DNA from: Gemmatimonadales bacterium
GTDB lineage: Bacteria; Gemmatimonadota; Gemmatimonadetes; Gemmatimonadales; GWC2-71-9
Assembly: GCA_036378855.1 (NCBI GenBank)
Contig: DASUVR010000139.1
Location: forward strand, 1-44,583
DNA: 44,583 nucleotides
Reading direction: 5' to 3'
Every line of letters begins with the position of its first letter. The stretch's first letter is position 1. The notes beneath the pieces were generated by a model, which did not search any database, was not told where the DNA came from, and saw nothing but the letters and a program-made list of their open reading frames with translations. This document shows, piece by piece, positions 43,435 to 44,583 of this stretch. A program made the translations under genes and the position numbers.

Positions 43435-43460
43435 GCGGCTGATTCGTTGCTGCCAGCCGC
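43435..43460 (-). terminator. Possible terminator after the cupredoxin-like gene
   Basis: 7-bp stem GCGGCTG / CAGCCGC with a 12-nt loop. On the minus strand it is followed by TTTCAG. Confidence 0.3.
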
Positions 43461-43483
43461 CGTCTCAGCAGGAGCCTCCCGTG

Positions 43484-44326
43484 TCAGGGCACGGCGAACT
43501 GCGTGTACATGCCATGCTCGTCATGCGGGCGCCCGTCCTCTGCGTCGCGCACGCGGCAGACCACACTGTAGGTGCCCGGCCGGAGCTGCACGTCGATAAC
43601 GAGTGTGCCGCCCGCCGGTAGATCGGTGGTACCGCCGGACGGCGTCACCGGAGGCGGACCCCGTCGGGTATTAATCCACGCGATAAAGTCCCGTGACGTC
43701 TTGCCGGGCGCGAGCCGGGAGAGAATCAGCTCGTGGCGTTGCGTACCTGCGTTGCGCACGGCAATCCGGTGCCATCCACGGGTCGGTGGCTGGGAGAACG
43801 CGAATGAGTAGTCGCGCAATGTGACCGTCAGGTCAGCCGCCGGCAGCGGGGCGGCTGGCCCGCTCGCCGGGGTCACCAACAGGGCCTTTATCATCCCTTT
43901 CGCAAAGTGGAGCACCTGGTCCGGGCTCTTGACGTGGCAGAAGGCGACGTAGGACCCTGGGGTGAGCAGAACGGTGCCGATCGACTCGCCCCCATGCGGC
44001 ACCGCATTGGGGCCGCCGACCGCATGCATCCAGGCCGGGTGCGCCCCGCCGGCGTTGAGGGCCGCCAACACGTCGCCGAGCCGCTTGCCCGGCTCCAATC
44101 GGTAGAGCATGAGGTGATGAGGCTGTCGGCCCTCGTTGCGCAAGCGAAATGTGGTCAGCCCGGCCGGAAGCGAATCGGGAAGCGTGAAGGCAAAATCGTG
44201 GGTGACGACCGGGACGACACGAGCCCCGGGTGGGGGGGCCGGCGCCGTTTGACCCACCAAGGCGCGACTGGAGCCAGCTGCAACCAGAGCGGCGAGAACG
44301 AGCGACCACCGAACTTGAAGGACCAT
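43484..44326 (-). CDS. Secreted tandem cupredoxin-like protein (putative blue-copper protein)
   Basis: Trimmed to ATG 44326 (GGAGGAGG upstream); the longer ORF runs over the tRNA. It has a signal peptide. Two homologous halves each carry His...Cys...His...Met spacing ('QPHHLML...FCHVKSPDQVLHFAKGM' and 'QRHELIL...VCRVRDAEDGRPHDEHGM'). Confidence 0.6.
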   Translation of the reverse strand: MVLQVRWSLVLAALVAAGSSRALVGQTAPAPPPGARVVPVVTHDFAFTLPDSLPAGLTTFRLRNEGRQPHHLMLYRLEPGKRLGDVLAALNAGGAHPAWMHAVGGPNAVPHGGESIGTVLLTPGSYVAFCHVKSPDQVLHFAKGMIKALLVTPASGPAAPLPAADLTVTLRDYSFAFSQPPTRGWHRIAVRNAGTQRHELILSRLAPGKTSRDFIAWINTRRGPPPVTPSGGTTDLPAGGTLVIDVQLRPGTYSVVCRVRDAEDGRPHDEHGMYTQFAVP

Positions 44327-44430
44327 GAGACCTCCTCCAGTGCCCGGCGTTCGTGCCGGTGGAGCTCGCGCACAATCGGTCAGGGACAGTTTGGGTACAA
44401 CTGGGGTGTGGCTTCGTAGGCTAACTGCAG

Positions 44431-44503
<73 letters not shown>

Positions 44504-44516
44504 AGTTGGGGCGGTA

Positions 44517-44545
44517 AATATAGGAGGAGGTGGTACCTAGGCCAA
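44517..44545 (-). promoter_or_regulatory. Putative sigma70-type promoter of tRNA-Phe
   Basis: On the minus strand: TTGGCC (44545-44540), a 17-nt spacer, then TATATT (44522-44517). The -10 ends 13 nt before the mature tRNA 5' end. Confidence 0.45.
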
Positions 44546-44583
44546 GTCGCGCTGGGGCGCATTCTGTCGCTGCCGGCCTTCGC

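Overview
GC-rich (by eye roughly two-thirds G+C) bacterial chromosomal segment with about 40 protein genes and one tRNA-Phe. No CRISPR array, transposase, integrase or rRNA is visible. The gene content (CBM9/DUF5916 protein, M28 and M1 peptidases, OtsA-OtsB fusion, Bat/MoxR operon) would fit a Gemmatimonadota- or Acidobacteriota-like organism, but the taxon cannot be fixed from sequence alone.

Layout:
(i) 87-980: rhodanese.
(ii) 1190-9737, minus strand: eight genes with no intergenic DNA. They encode a GT4 glycosyltransferase, a PaaK/CapK-like adenylating enzyme, an ATP-grasp ligase, a BKACE (DUF849) enzyme, a FemAB-like acyltransferase, two paralogous GNATs and a MOP flippase. This is the most unusual system in the window; it is probably a pathway that decorates an exported glycoconjugate, and I know of no described counterpart.
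(iii) 9983-25343: housekeeping and envelope genes. These are CBM9/DUF5916, M28 peptidase, a HEAT-repeat protein, a threonine dehydratase-RidA-Qor operon, a POT peptide transporter, OtsA-OtsB, M1 peptidase, an apparently disrupted YghA/YdaD-type SDR, and HtrA.
(iv) 25434-37107, plus strand: a ten-gene chain of overlapping or abutting genes. A MarR-regulated RND pump (adaptor plus permease, no outer-membrane factor) and an MFS exporter run directly into a MoxR-DUF58-VWA Bat-type operon.
(v) 37049-39300: EamA transporter and a Tat-signal beta-lactamase-family hydrolase.
(vi) 39300-44503: an accessory-looking patch next to tRNA-Phe. It holds small secreted proteins and lipoproteins, a LysM protein, an orphan TadG-like protein behind a repeat-rich leader, a DUF2780 lipoprotein and a tandem cupredoxin-like protein.

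Many long alternative-frame and antisense ORFs in the track are GC-content artefacts and were not called. All family assignments come from motif recognition by eye; no database search was run.
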